Source: Nymphaea colorata
Lineage: Eukaryota
Length of the DNA stretch: 64,000 bases
Assembly (NCBI RefSeq): GCF_008831285.2
Contig: NC_045138.2
Span: forward strand, 23,622,001-23,686,000
Reading direction: 5' to 3'
Under the pieces are notes generated by a model. The model saw only the letters and a program-made list of their open reading frames with translations, searched no databases and was not told the origin of the DNA. How positions within the stretch are numbered: position 1 is the stretch's first letter; each line of letters opens with the position of its first letter. Made by a program: the position numbers and the translations under genes. Shown here piece by piece: positions 1 to 13,793 of the stretch.

Positions 1-8
1 TTATGTAA

Positions 9-183
9 GGTTATAAAGTGACGATGAGCCATCTACGTACTAGCTGTTGCATTGTAGATGTGGACAATTAGCACCGGTTTGAACCATAGGACTTGGGTTA
101 TAAGGTGACGATGAGCCATCTACGTACTAGCTGTTGCATTGTAGATGTGGACAAGTAGCACCGGTTTGAACCATAGGACTTGG
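9..183. repeat. Two-copy tandem duplication, ~87 bp unit
   Basis: ggttataaRgtgacgatgagccatctacgtac...ccataggacttgg starts at 9 and again at 96, nearly identical. Confidence 0.9.
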
Positions 184-439
184 ATCAAACATGGTAGACT
201 CTTTTATGGATGTGAAAATTGGTTGTGGACTAAATAGAGATGAACATGTGATTTACCTTAAAAGTTTCTTTATACGAAGTAACACACACATATCCTGCCT
301 AAGCAGGGCAGAACTAGGATTTTTTTCAGGGGCGGGCCAAATGGTTTGCGAGTCGAGCCAAGAGGAGCGACATGTCAGGTCAAGAGGAGCGACGGGTAAG
401 GCCAAACTAAAAAAAATTGATTTTTTAATATAAAAAAAT

Positions 440-680
440 TTCTTGTGCTCACCCGGGCCATTAGGGCTGGGCATCGGGCCGGCCCAGCCTACTAAAAATA
501 TAAAATCCAAGCCTGGTATTGAAAACGGGTCAGCCCGAGACCTGGCCCGTTTTTAAATGGGTCGGGCCGGGCCCTTGCAAAATCGGGCCTCGGGCTTTGA
601 TTTATACCCAAGGCCTGGCCCGGCCCGGCCCAATTATTAATGAGCTGGGCCGAGCTTTTTCGGGCCGAACCACACCAATT
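440..680. mobile_element. GC-rich MITE-like remnant (ggcccggccc motifs)
   Basis: Dense GGGCC/GGCCC subterminal-type motifs in AT-rich context; a similar element lies at ~1150-1330; termini not defined. Confidence 0.4.
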
Positions 681-715
681 TCTTCTCTCTCATTGACTTT
701 TTAGTTTTACCCTGC

Positions 716-1100
716 TGCCGTGAAGGGCATCCGAGCAAGCGGGTGCCCCTTTCTGTGGATCGTGCGTGAGTAAGACTGGCTGCCGAAGGAGGATTTGACG
801 GCAAGGGCCTAGTGGTGACCTAGTGCGAGCAGATGAATGTCCTCTCTCATCCCTCCATTGGCGGCTTCTTCACGCACTGCGATTGGAACTCCACTACCGA
901 GGGCATATGACCTGCGCTTCCTCACTTTTGCCATTGTCGTAGACCAAAGTTGCAACAACAAAATGATATGGAGATGGTGGGCAGGGAGAAAATAGCGGCG
1001 ATGGTGAGGAAGGTGATGAATTTAGAAAGGAAGGACAATAAGGAAATGAGGTGGAGAGGCAGGGAGTTCAATGGCAACGTGAAGTAGTCGTGAATGAAGA
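716..1100 (+). pseudogene. UDP-glycosyltransferase C-terminal fragment with degraded PSPG box
   Basis: Translates GCPFLWIVRE*, then [35 protein letters not shown], then VGREKIAAMVRKVMNLERKDNKEMRWRA; contains stops and frameshifts. Confidence 0.8.
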
Positions 1101-3104
1101 ACAACGAAAGACCCTAACATAAGTTTATTTTCAAAAAAAAAAAAATTATCGTCGGGCTTCCCGGGCCCCCGACGATCAAAGTCGCAGGCCCGAGCCCGGT
1201 CCGTTGGTTACCAGGCCGGGTCGAGCCCATTAATATAAGCCCGATAATCAAATTTTCAAGGCCCGAGCCCGGGTCCGTGTCGGGCCAGGTACCGGGTATC
1301 CGACCGTGGCCCGGCCCGGTGCCCAGGCTTACGGTCAATTTTCTTTTACTTTCTCAAGTATTCACAAACTTTGATGTGGACGTCACTTGTTTTTACTCCA
1401 ACGCTACCTTTGGCCACAAAAATGGATTTGGATCTGACAAGTCCGGTCACGCCAGAACAGGCAACTCACGTTGTCAGATCCGAGTAAAGTCGAGGGTATA
1501 TGTTTCCCAGTCCACTGCTACCATATAACCCAAACCTGATCTCTGATTCTCTAGATAATCAATTTACATCCCTGAGATTGAGAAGACTATCTGTATCCAA
1601 TGTTTTATGCTCATGAAACTATAATGGATTTGAATACTAGTCGGGTTTGAAATGGAACCCATCAAAAAGTATAATTAGCTATTTGTCTAAATATATATGT
1701 AGTTATGAGGGATATAATCAGTTTGGATTGAGGTTGGATCCATCTTTCACTGACTTTAATTACATCTTTCACTGACTTTAATTATAATCGGATCTGGATT
1801 AAGACTTGGATTCCAACCTTGATTCTAAAATCGAATTTGCATCCAACTAGCACCTTGACAAATATCAGATTTGATAATTCGGTTGAATCCTCATCAGATC
1901 TCAGTCGGATATAAAATTCAGAGTGTAATTCAGAGTGTTGATTATGAATTTGTATGACAAATCTGATTCAGAACTGTTTACCAGATCCAACTAAATAAAT
2001 TCAAAATTGAACCACATATCTAATCGATTTACATCTTCCCAACGCCAAAAATGTTGTCGTCCAGTTGCTTTCTAATTTCTTCTATTTTCAACCAATCTCA
2101 TCCCTATAATTGTCGGGATAAATTCTCAGCAAATCTAAAACTTAAAAACCAAGACTACTCTTTATTTAACGCCTCGTTGGTTGTCGTATAAAACTAGACT
2201 TGTTTAAATTTGGTTGGGTTCAACTACATAAAAGTGGTTCAATCGTAGTTGAATTGGTAAATTGAGTGGACAAGTTAAACAAGTTAAAGGAATCAAGACA
2301 GGTTAACATAAATGAGTTAAGCAAGTCAGGTTAGAGCTCGACAGTGTGTAGTCCAGTTCAGCTTGAGCATGTTCTATTGTGCTCAGCTTGAGTTCTAGCC
2401 GGCGTCAAATTTGAGCCAAGCTGGAGCTCAATTTAGCTTAATCGACAGAATAGGAATTGTCAAGCTGCTGATTCAGAGAATTGTCTGATGCAATGGTTCA
2501 GCTGATTCGTTTGTGAATCAGGCAAATAAAAAAAATTCTTATAAAAGATAAATGGATATTATACATATTATATATATATAATAATTAAAAATAAGAAATT
2601 CTTCAAACTATTTAAAATTAATTAAAAAATAAAACACATGGCAGTCTTGGGTCAGCCACCGAATCAAATTGATTTAACCTGATTCAATTCAAATCAGCTG
2701 AATCTGTATCATTGGATCAACCCAATAGCAGTCTGCCATTGGGACATCCATATCCACATCCTGCAGTGCCTAGGGTCAGCAACCAAGTGCATATTTTAGT
2801 TCACAGGTGTTGTTTGTTAGACTTACTAACACATGATTCACAAACCAAATCTATTCAAGAAGAAAATTATAAATAAAGCCATGTCCTCAAAAATGTTTCT
2901 TGAAAGAGAGGATGATACAACTCCAATCAACCTTCCTGTTTCATTCGGCTCCTAAAGGATCCAAAATATGTAAGGTTGTCTGGCCAGGAACTGATCCCGA
3001 TTCTTGTTTTTTTTTATTAAAGCGGTCTACCCATATACTAGAAAGAACTAGAGATTCAGTGAGGAAACAAAAAGAAAATGAAGCACGCACAAAAGATGTT
3101 GACA

Positions 3105-3239
3105 TGTTTAAATGAATAACTTGAGGGGGTAATTTTTGACATGTTTGAATAACTGGAATTTTCAGAAAAATAAGTTTTCCGAAAACAGTTTTTTCATATT
3201 TGAGTGAAAAATTACCCCCTCAAGTTATTCATTTAAACA
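3105..3239. repeat. Perfect 33 bp inverted repeat with 69 bp spacer
   Basis: tgtttaaatgaataacttgagggggtaattttt (3105-3137) is the exact reverse complement of 3207-3239. Confidence 0.9.
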
Positions 3240-4548
3240 ACAGTTATATATAAGATGTTTTTCAAAACTCATGAAAAGAACCATTTGCACAAAAGCAAGT
3301 TTTTGAAAAATATATTTTTTAATATCTCGTCCAAACACTGCCCAGGTTTTGTTTTTGCTTTTTTTTAAATCATGACTTAGAATCTTAGATATTAATCTAA
3401 AAAGATTAGGTTTTTGGGAAAGCTACAAAACTCACTTTGAACAAGAAGCCTGAAAACCGCCCTCTCCCCACTTTTTGACACGTTCGTAAAAAATGAGTTT
3501 TTGACATGTGGGAGTCCAAACACCAAAACCAGTTCATCCAAATACTAAAGTAAGGTTTTATTATTATTATTATTATTGCCAATTGTTTTTTGTGTTTTTG
3601 TCAATTGCATTTTTCAGCATAAACGATGTACCTGTTAATTATTTTTGCAGCTAAGGAAGCCCCCTCTTTGTTTAGCAAGAATATTCAGTTGAATTTAACT
3701 TCAACTTGTAATATTTTAATTACATCTAATTGGCACTTAGTGTGGTGGATTATGTGATGATCATCTTAATGGAATCGTGTAAAAGCAGCCGGGGCACTAG
3801 TTAAAATACTGACAATCTCTTTCTTTCCTCTTGGTGCCTTTTTCTAAATTTACATGATCAAATTAGCGGAATGGCTTTAGGAAAATTGTTTTTGGCACCC
3901 TTAGAATACACGGTAACTTCATTCACTAGTCCTGGAAATTGGAGTTAAGACCTTCAAGTTCAAAGCCAATCTGATAAAAGGAGGCTCTATCTCTTCACAT
4001 AATCTGACAGATTAGGTTAACCCAACCTCAGATTTCCAACTGAAAAATGAAAGGTTAGCAGATAGCCAATTTATAAGGCTTTCGTTTCTCAACATATAAT
4101 TTTCTTCTCAACAAACAGAATCTACCTACACATTCTTTATCCTCCATTTATTATGAAATAATGTCTCAATCTTGGCATTGTTACATGTTAGTTTTGTACA
4201 CCTGGCAACAACCAAGGATACTTCTTTTGCACAGACAGCAGACAATTTGCCTAAAAGCTTACATATCAAAATAAAGAGCTTAGTGTCTCACAATTCATTT
4301 GAAAATTTAGAATACAAAGCAATATAGCCTGGTGATTTTATTTTAGTGATATGAAAGTATATATTAGATGAATGGCAAAAGACTATTTTCAGAGTTTGAC
4401 TGAATCATGTTGTTTGTGATTGCAGAACAAGGGCCATTCTACCTTTTCTGGTTGCTGATGTTGTAACTCTTGTGCATCCATGCTTCAATTCACTACACAG
4501 ATGCACTAACAAAGTAAATGTTCCATTCATGCATATGGAGGCGATCAA

Positions 4549-4672
4549 TATGAGCTCGTCATCAAGGCCATTCAAGATCATTTCAAGGTTAAAGAATAAG
4601 GTTGCAGCAACAAAGGGAGTCTTTGCTGTATGTGAACCCTTTCCTGCAGATAGACCACTGTGGTTCCCCAGG
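4549..4672 (+). pseudogene. LHCA6: Isolated 5' fragment of an LHCA6-like light-harvesting chlorophyll a/b protein gene
   Basis: VAATKGVFAVCEPFPADRPLWFP matches the Lhca6 N-terminal motif (VCEPLPPDRPLWFPG); similarity stops at ~4672. Confidence 0.65.
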
Positions 4673-4778
4673 TCATTTCGATATAGTCGTTGTGCATTCC
4701 AAAGCAGCCAATGGTCTGCTTTCCAAATTTAGCTTGAAAAATGGAAGGTGGTATTTGCAGAAAGCTAGGGGAAGTGAA

Positions 4779-4925
4779 TATGGAGGTTCAGAGCAGTGGG
4801 AAGAAGTACGAAAACAGTCCCATCGCTGGAGGTGATGGTTCTTGGAGGGGAAGTTAATATGGAGGTTCAGAGAAGTGGGAAGAAGTATGAAAAAGGTCCC
4901 ATCGCTGGAGGTGATGGTTCTTGGG
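4779..4925. repeat. Two-copy tandem duplication, ~80 bp period
   Basis: tatggaggttcagag.agtgggaagaagta.gaaaa...tcccatcgctggaggtgatggttcttgg occurs twice. Confidence 0.85.
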
Positions 4926-6322
4926 AACATGATGCCAGCCAATAGCTAATTTTCAAGAGGTAGAGGTGATGCTGTAAATGAGAATGTGGAGGTTCTAGTT
5001 GGAGAAAATGAGATTGAGAAGAAGTCCACCATGTACATTGGTAGATAATGCGAGAGCCTATCTTTCAGTGGATAGCAGATGTGGAGGGGATGATAGCATG
5101 ATAAAAAAAAGTTGGATCAGGAAGTGAAAGAGGAGGCCTCAGAGGGAGGTGGAGGAGAAACCAATCTTTTGATAGTGAGGACGATGGGGCGAATGACCGC
5201 CGTTTTCTGCAAGGTTGGAGTAAGACAGGTTGGATGTCTCAGGAAGAGGAAGATAATGACAATTCTAACGAGGAAAGTGAAGGGGAAGAGGGGAAAAGGA
5301 AGCTTACTGGCAATTCCAGACGGACTGGAATTAGGGACAGATACAGTAGAGTCCTGGATACAAGAGATGAATTGATAAGCCAGATGGTTTGATCTGAGTG
5401 AGAGACACTCATTAAGTAACTCCATTTCTGCTGTCTTGACTGTCCTCTGCAAGACAGGTGCGCCACTTCGCGCCTTGAGCTCCATCAGTCAGTCCGCACT
5501 GCCATTACTTAAATGGCTCCCCTGTCTCTGAGGGTGATGATATTTGGGACATTATCTATGGTTGCATCTGCTTTGCAAACCAGATCTGTGACAGTTTTCT
5601 GCATGGGCCCAGTCTTCTTCACTCCACTTGAAGCTTTTGAAAGTGGCCACACAAGAATACCAAACTGCTGCGTTTACTAGTTACAGTATGAACAACATCG
5701 GAGGAGACTTTGCATCTGTTCTACAGTTGGATTTCTTGTTCGATCGAGGACCAAGGGATTCTATTTTTGCCAAATTTCAAAGACATCCACTTCCAAACCG
5801 CATAGCAACTTTACATTCGAAGAGAATGTTCAGTGACAGGCGACATAAAGGAACCAACTGGATCTCTGCAAAAGCTTTACTTAACCAAATGCTTCTGAAC
5901 AAGCAAGCTCTGCCATATCTCCTTCAACTCAGTTTCCAGATTTCACTTTTGTCCTTTTTATCAAGCTTTGATTACACTTTATTATATATGGATAAAAGCT
6001 TTTGATGGGAAGGAGGTTATTTGTTATGCTTATGCAGTTGCATGAGAGGGTCGTGACATGAAACGCCCTGCCTTATAAGCCCATAAGACGGAAGGTGGTC
6101 AGACCCAATTGGAAAAAATTGCAACACAAGAAGCCTTAATATGAAGTTTCTAAATACCAGAAATAAAGAAAATGAAATTTTTTTCAAAAACATACATAAA
6201 AAAAATGTTCAATAATAAAATACATACTGTACCTTTACATATTGATATAGCAAAAATCAAAGGCTTACAAGTCATGGACATAAAGGGATACTAGAAAATT
6301 TCATCCAAATGAATGATTATGA

Positions 6323-9300
6323 TTAACTCAACTTTAGCAGCACAAAAAAACTAAATAGGTTATGTTAATCATGAACAAAAGTTTAGTACTCTTTTTTTAA
6401 TGCCAAACCTATGTTGAAGCTACTTCTTTCAAAATTTGGCTACTTTTTTATTCTCTTTGAAACAGGGAAGTGGGAAGGAGAAGATCCAAAGCATTACCCT
6501 CCCTGGTGCTGCCTGGAGACATAACAAATAATAATAACTCAAGCATGATGCTTTTGCACCATTGAGTAGCCTCAGGATTCTCCACATTAATCATTGTGGA
6601 TTATTAAAACTCCATAAGAATATCAGATGGCTACAAATACAACTTTCTTTATTTGCAAACACAGCCGAATATCAAACATGACAAAATAGTGGGGCTGAGT
6701 ACTCTTATGACAAGGTGGAGACCATGGGATGTAATGAATACAATCTAGAGAAACCTGCAGTCCTCCAACTACACTTACGCTCCACGCTAGGAAACATCTT
6801 GCGTCCAACTAAGGGGGTTAGTCATGCTTGCCTATAAATAAGAAAATTCATTTGATGTGACAAATTGCCTAATTCATACTTGTAGAGGTTGCACGAATTC
6901 AAGCTTCACTTAATTATGATGCCCCAACTGATATTACTACTTGATGTAGATCAAATATCATGCCGATTACCATGTTACTACATTCTTGACAATTATATTG
7001 ATTAACTGATTACACTAAGTGTAAATAATGGTAAACAACCATAATTTGTTTTGGCAATAGAAATTGAAACGGGAAAGGTTACACTATCCAAAAAACATAA
7101 TACAGCTTGTGCATAATAATTTGCGGAAACTTTAGACCATTATGAGGAAGAGTTTGTCGGTGACATCTATGAATCCAGTAAACTATAGCAAAATAAAATC
7201 GATAGGTAGAATAATAAACTCATGTACCACCACATACTGAGGTAGTTAGAACAAAACCTGACATTCTCAAACACCAACGCATGCATGAATACTTTGTGGA
7301 ATTGTCTCTAAAGATAGATAGGAATTAAGGCATAGTTCTATAGCTGAAGTTGAAGAACAACGCTTTCTAGGACTCAAAGGCAAAGTGAAAAGAAACGCCG
7401 GACATCCAGACATATTGAATAGATGCAACAATCGTTAAGAAATTGAGAACGTTAAGCTACAAAAGAAAGAAAGTTGAATTATCAACAACCAACACAAATC
7501 AATTTGTTTTACAAACCAAAATTAATGAAACAAAGTGAACAAACAAACAATGTGTCGGATATGGAGAGATAAAAAAGAATGAAGCGGTCAAATCCATTTA
7601 GAAAATGGATTGATCCACATTGCTTCACTCTAATCACCTTACCTCCATATCCTCAGGTGTTTATGGTGTTGTGACAGTCTCGGCAACCCCTGTTGTGTCT
7701 TAAATAATAGTAGCAGATTCATGCACAAGCATAGGAGATGGAGCAGGAGCATTCGGCTTCTTTCTTGGAGGTGAAGCATTAGCCCTCCTCCTCCTGGTTA
7801 AAGGAAGCCTCCTTCCTTCAGTCTTCGTTCCTGCAGCCCCAGTCCCTTATTCTGCCCTTTTTCTTCTTCTTCCTCTCCTCGTCTACTATTCACAGGTGTT
7901 TTCCCTTCGCACGCGAAGAGATTGCAGGCTGACATGCCGCTGGGAGTGAACTTACTGGAAGAGGAGATTCGTTCCACTGATAATATTTCAACATTTTTTG
8001 AAAAAGTTTTCAGAGACTGAAGAAAGGAAGCTTCCTTTAACCAGAAGGAGGAGGGCTAATGCTCCGCCTCCAAGAGAGGAGCCGAATGCTCCTGCTCCAT
8101 CTCCCACGCCTGTGCCTGAATCTGCTGTTGTTGTTGAAGACAGAACATGGGTTGTCGAGACTGCAACAACACCATAAGCACCTGAGAAGGTGGAGGTAAG
8201 GTGATCAAAGTGAAGCAAGGTGGATCAATCCATTTTCTGATTGGATTTGACCGCTTCATTCTTTTTTATCTCTCCATATCCGACACACTGTTTGTTTGTT
8301 CACTTTGTTTCATTAATTTTGGTTTGTACGACAAATTGATTTGTGTTGGTTGTTGATAATTCAATTTTCTTTCTTCTGTAGCTTAACGTTCTCAATTTCT
8401 TAACGATTGTTGCATCTATTCAATATGTTTGGATGTCTGGCGTCTCTTTTCACTTTGCCTTTGAGTCCTGGAAAGTGTTGTTCTTCAACTTCAGTTATAG
8501 AACTATGCCTCAATTCCTGTCTATCTTTAGAGGCAATTCCACAACGTATTCGTGCATGCGTTGGTGCTTGAAAATGTCAGGTTTTGTTCTAACTACCTCA
8601 GTATGTGGTGGTACATGAGTTTATTATTCTGCCTATCAATTTTATTTTACTATAGTTTGCTGGATTCATAGATGTCATAGACAAACTCTTCCTCATAATG
8701 GTCTAAAGTTTCCGCAAAATATTATGCACAAGCTGTATTACGTTTTGGGATGGTGTAACATTTCCCGTTTCAATTTCTATTGCCAAAACAGATTATGGTT
8801 TTTTACCATTATTTACACCTAGTGTAATCAGTTAATCAATATAATTGTCAAGAATATAGTAACATGGTAATCGACATGATATTTGATCTACATCATGTAG
8901 TAATATCAGTTGGGGCATCATAATTAAGTGAAGCTTGAATTCGTGCAACCTCTACAAGTATGAATTAGGTAATTTGTCACATCAAATGAATTTTCTTATT
9001 TATAGGCAAGCATGACTACCCCCATAGTTGGACGCAAGATGTTTCCTAATGTGGAGCGTAAGTGTCGTTGGAGGACTGCAAGTTTCTCTAGATTGTATTC
9101 ATCACATCCCATAGTCTCCACCTTGTCATAAGAGTACTCAGCCCCACTATTTTGTCATGTTTGATCTTCGGCTGTGTTTGCAAATAAAGAAAGTTGTATT
9201 TGTAGCCATCTGATATTCTTAAGGAGTTTTAATAATCCACAATGATTAATGTGGAGAATCCTGAGGCTATGCATTGGTGCAAAAGCATCATGCTTGAGTT

Positions 9301-9513
9301 GGTATTATTTGTCATGTCTCCAGGCTGCACCAGGGAGGGTAATGCTTTGGATCTTCTCCTTCCCACTTCCCTATTTCAAAGAGAACAAAAAAATAGCCAA
9401 ATTTTGAAAGAAGTAACTTCAACATAGGTTTGGCATTAAAAAAAGAGTACTAAACTTTTGTTCATGATTAACATAACCTGTTCAATTTTTTTGTGCTGCT
9501 AAAGTTAAGTTAA
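6323..9513. repeat. Long inverted repeat: arms 6323-7824 and 8014-9513 (~1.5 kb each), 189 bp spacer
   Basis: Arms are reverse complements along their length, e.g. 7577 gaatgaagcggtcaaatcc vs 8243 ggatttgaccgcttcattc; above 90% identical by eye. Confidence 0.95.
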
Positions 9514-10054
9514 ACTTATGTTGGATAGTGGCCCTGAGCCCTATCCTTCACTTCGTAACTGCAATTGGGTCAAATTGGAGTTACAAGATTAAGTTAAGAA
9601 AAAAAATTGATTTCCAAATTAAAGTTTTCATTAAACAGAATTAAAGTATAATTTATTACCATTCACGAGATTGCCAAGCATTTCTCTTGCCATAACCGAT
9701 GCTGGGATTTGGGAAATCCTGGGAGGTGGACTATAAAGACCCAACTCACATCCTTGAAAAGGTAGATCATGAGATCGACATTGAAGCGCCTCCCAGAAGC
9801 AAACCCATGAATCAATTGCTTCCCTTATTCTGCCCCTTTTATGCTTCTTCCTCTCCTCGTCTACTATTCACAGGTGTTGTCCCTTCGCACGCGAAGAGAC
9901 TGCAGGCTGACATGCCGTTGGGAGTGAACTTACTGGAAGAGGAGATTCGTTCCGCTGCTAATATTCCAATAGTTCCTGCAGCCCCAGTTCCAGTCGTCCG
10001 GGCTCCCTTAGGCCTCCGTTCAGTTGGCTGAAGTTAGAACATATGATTCAGGTC

Positions 10055-10105
<51 letters not shown>

Positions 10106-10251
10106 CAAATCAAGTTGCTGATGTTGTTAAGAGGGAGGCGTGGATAGAACGAGGGTAGGGGACTCCTGCGTACTCCTGCCAGAATGTTCTCGTCACGCAG
10201 CTCCTCCGACCTCTGAGGGTTAGCACCGACACCACCATTACCGGGCTGCAT
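7640..10251 (-). pseudogene. UVI4/OSD1 (GIG1/PYM)-like APC/C inhibitor gene, disrupted by an internal rearrangement
   Basis: Exon 10251-10105 encodes ENILAGVRRSPLPSFYPRLPLNNISNLIW (family motif LPSWYPRTPLRDI; D-box RxxLxxxxN). GT..AG intron 10104-10028 with a ctaac branch point. Next exon starts PTERRPK (cf. AIERRR) and resumes at 7826 after the insertion. In-frame stops are present; no MR tail seen. Confidence 0.7.
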
Positions 10252-13046
10252 CTCTCCACCTACAGCAAACAAAAAGAAAAAAAATGAACCCGCCAGAAAA
10301 ACAGTCGCCGACGACTTATTGAAAACAAAAAGCTCTCTACGTTTTCTTCTTCTTCTTCTTCCTTGCACCAAAAATCATAAACTCGTCCATTGATGATCCG
10401 AGGCAAGCGTAACCAACAAAATGAAAAAAACAAGAGACAATCCCTCCGTACATGTTCTTTTTCAGCCATGCACAGAAAAAGGAAAATCAAAAAGGAAAGT
10501 TGATGGCTCTCTCTCTCTCTCTCCCCCTACTTGTTTTTCTTCTTCTTCTTCCTCCTGCCTTCGACGAACCAAATCCTTTCTTCCTCTCCTGGAGATGCTC
10601 CTTTCTCCTTCCCCTCTTGGTCGGAATAAATTATTTATCCCTAAGTTCAAATTTCAATCTAGAGGAATTTTTTTTCAAATGTTAAAATTTTTTCCTATGA
10701 CCGTTGAGGTCGATTAGTTACAAAGGCATCAAGTTGATGGGTTATTACTCCTGATACAAACTATGGCTGGGACTTGGAACCAGCCTTAACAGGATCGGCC
10801 TTCAATTGATTGGGAGCAAGTAGGTGGCAAACTGATTCAATTCCTTATAAGCCAATTCAAAAGTGATAAATTTAATATGTATTATTTTCAAAATCTTTTA
10901 AGAACATCATTATTTTAATGACCTTTTACAAGTTCAAAGTTTATACTTTCAAAAATTAAATTTTTTAATATAAAGTTTTCGCTGATTCACAGCTGGTTCA
11001 ACCAAAATCGCTGAATCGTCAGCTTGGCCGATTTGATTCCAAATAAAATTGTCCCTTTTCCAGGTTATTAGCGGATAATTATTTTTGGTTTTTTCACCTA
11101 AACACACAGACTAAGTTTTAAAAACTAACAAATGGTTTTTGGAGGGTCTCATCCAAATACAACTGAAAAGTTGTAATTAGAAGTCCACTCAAAGGGGAAA
11201 GGATGACGTCGCCTGTGTCTGTTGCCCATGGAGTGTGAATTAGGGATAAAAGGTTGCCTGTGCCCGTTCATGCAAGCAGATTATTCACATAATTAGTCAT
11301 CATCAAATTGACAAATGAAAAATAAACTTGGGGTTCTGTTATTTTATGGGCAATAAATGATTAAAATATTAATAATTATTGAATTTCAAAACAATGAGAT
11401 GATCAACAAGAGCCAGATCGGAACGAACACTGCAACCAATTTTGTCAGTTTACTAATTTTCCATAACATAATGGATGCCGCATCCTAATTGGCTAATGCA
11501 GTAATAACATCTGCAGTGGGTGTCACAGATGTACAGATGTTGAAGGAGAGGCAACTAAGTGAAAATGCGAACCATTTAAAAAGAAGTGGCGTACTCAATC
11601 ATACCACATTCAACATACAAGAATGTCCATATTGGCAATGCATATGCATTTTCCTTCATGAACGTACGACAAAAATAGTCCTCATCTTTTCAGTTTGAAT
11701 ATCTTGTTCAAAATATTTCCATTATTTTGAAAACCAACACTAATAATCAAACTGCACATATCGACTACTTTCTGGTCACCTATACATATTATTGCTGCTA
11801 TTACTGGAGAAGAAGCTAAATGTAATGGGCCCAATAAATATAAATTTCCATTCCCTCTCCCCATAATTCATGCATGGGTAATGCAGTAAGGGCTGTGTCA
11901 CATGAACGTGCATGCTTGAATCGAATATTGATTGGACATCTATAATTAATAAGGCGTGGAGTGGAGCTGGCGATATTTGATAGTTTTGATGTGATTGCCT
12001 ATCTATTCAGTTAGATCTGATAAACAAACTCAGATCCAAAATCTAATCAAATCTGAAAACAGTATGCAATTTCATAACTAAATTCCTTGAAGCATGTGTT
12101 CGAAGTGAAATCCAATGAAAATTGCATATGTTCTTTAGTGCTTATCATATGGGGTTGGGGTTGGTATTAGTTATAAGTCAATCTTTTAGTCGGCATTAGT
12201 TATAAAATTTTAAAGTTTTTAAGGGGCACCAACATGTAATTGAAGAAAATTCCCCTGAAATATCAATCTAAAACTAGAAATTTCTTATGGAGCAATGTGC
12301 CCGCACAGTGCCCACGCAATGAATAAGAAAAAGACTCACAAGTCACTTGGACAAAGGTTGAGTTTCTCCATTTCGCAACATCAGAAGAAGCATAATATTT
12401 GTGGACACTTAAACACCTTAATTGTGGATCCTGAACACCCTAACTTTAAGGAACCATCGATAAGCAAAAGCTCCTCCGAAGCAGAGCAGATGTGATATAT
12501 GCAGACGTTTTCTCAGTTAATTTTGTTTCTTTTTTTATCAAGCTTCTATCTGCTTATTATCCCACTGTTCCTTTCTTTCTTTGCTGTTTTGATGTTCATT
12601 GTCCTGTGAATGATTTGTCTTCCCATGTCTTTATTTTCTCCTTGGGGACAGGAGGAGCAAATGCACATAACCATCTCTGTTGAAAAGATGGTGCTAACTT
12701 AGAAAGATCAGGAAACGCTGTCGATAAACTTTAATCGGACGGCACCTGAACCATTCGTGTCGTGGGTTAGATATTATCTTAATAGTGATTTGATGAGAAA
12801 CATATATTTAACTAGTCATTTTTTAATTTAAAAATTGTTTTTTAATAATAAAAAAGCAAATGACTCTTATAACTTCAAAATTTTGACTGTAGAAAAGATT
12901 ATTTCTTTTTACCAAAATGACATGACTTACATAAAATTAGTATTTATAAACATATTGACAAGGTTAACATTTTGCTTGAAACACTTTTTAACACAAATTT
13001 TAGATGTCTAGTTTTTTTTACCTTGCCCAAGTAATTTGGTGTTTAC

Positions 13047-13100
<54 letters not shown>

Positions 13101-13513
13101 ATACAGAGAGAGAGAGAGAGAGAGAGAGTTTGGTAAAAACCAGATCAAACTACCAATAACTAAAAGGGTGTATCGCTGCAGAGAGTCATTTGCCATTTCT
13201 TGTATGAAATGTTACAGTTGCTGAACCCCGATGATAGTTTTATAGTGTACCGGATTTCAATTGGATTGGATGCACCTATCAATTTGCCCTTCAAAATTTT
13301 TTAGATAGTTTTGTAATACTGGGTCGGATCTGATTTGGGTTGCACACGGACATTGCTGTTCCCTGCCTAATTATCGAGACTAGGAGTCATATTCCGATTA
13401 GGATGTACAAAAAAGATATACGAATACGTGTATCTTCGTTAGCTTCTTGTCAAATATAACTAATTAGATTTACATTTTGACGGATTAGAGATTACATCCG
13501 AGCCACCAATACC

Positions 13514-13793
13514 TAGTGACGGGGCCTAGGATTTTTAGCTAAGGGTCATCAGCATTTTACATTTTAATCTTCAAAGGGCACTTGTATATAACTGAACAAA
13601 AATTGATAAGTATCAATATATAATATATAAATAAGATGATTTCTGTGAACTGGTGTGAGCCGGGTCACCAGTGTTTTACATTTTAATCTTGAAAAAGCAC
13701 TTGTATATAAATAAGTAAAAATTGATTAGGTATCGATATATAAATAAGGTAATTTATGTGGGCCGGCTTGAGAAATATGTAGCTTCGCCACTG
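13514..13793. mobile_element. hAT-type MITE with internal tandem duplication
   Basis: Termini tagtgacggggc / gcttcgccactg; imperfect 8 bp TSD ccaatacc / cggatacc; internal ~115 bp repeat. Confidence 0.5.

Noticed and set aside
5112..6005. ORFs of 120-125 aa as a possible final exon of the OSD1-like gene
   Set aside because: No MR-tail or other family motif recognised in the frames I read
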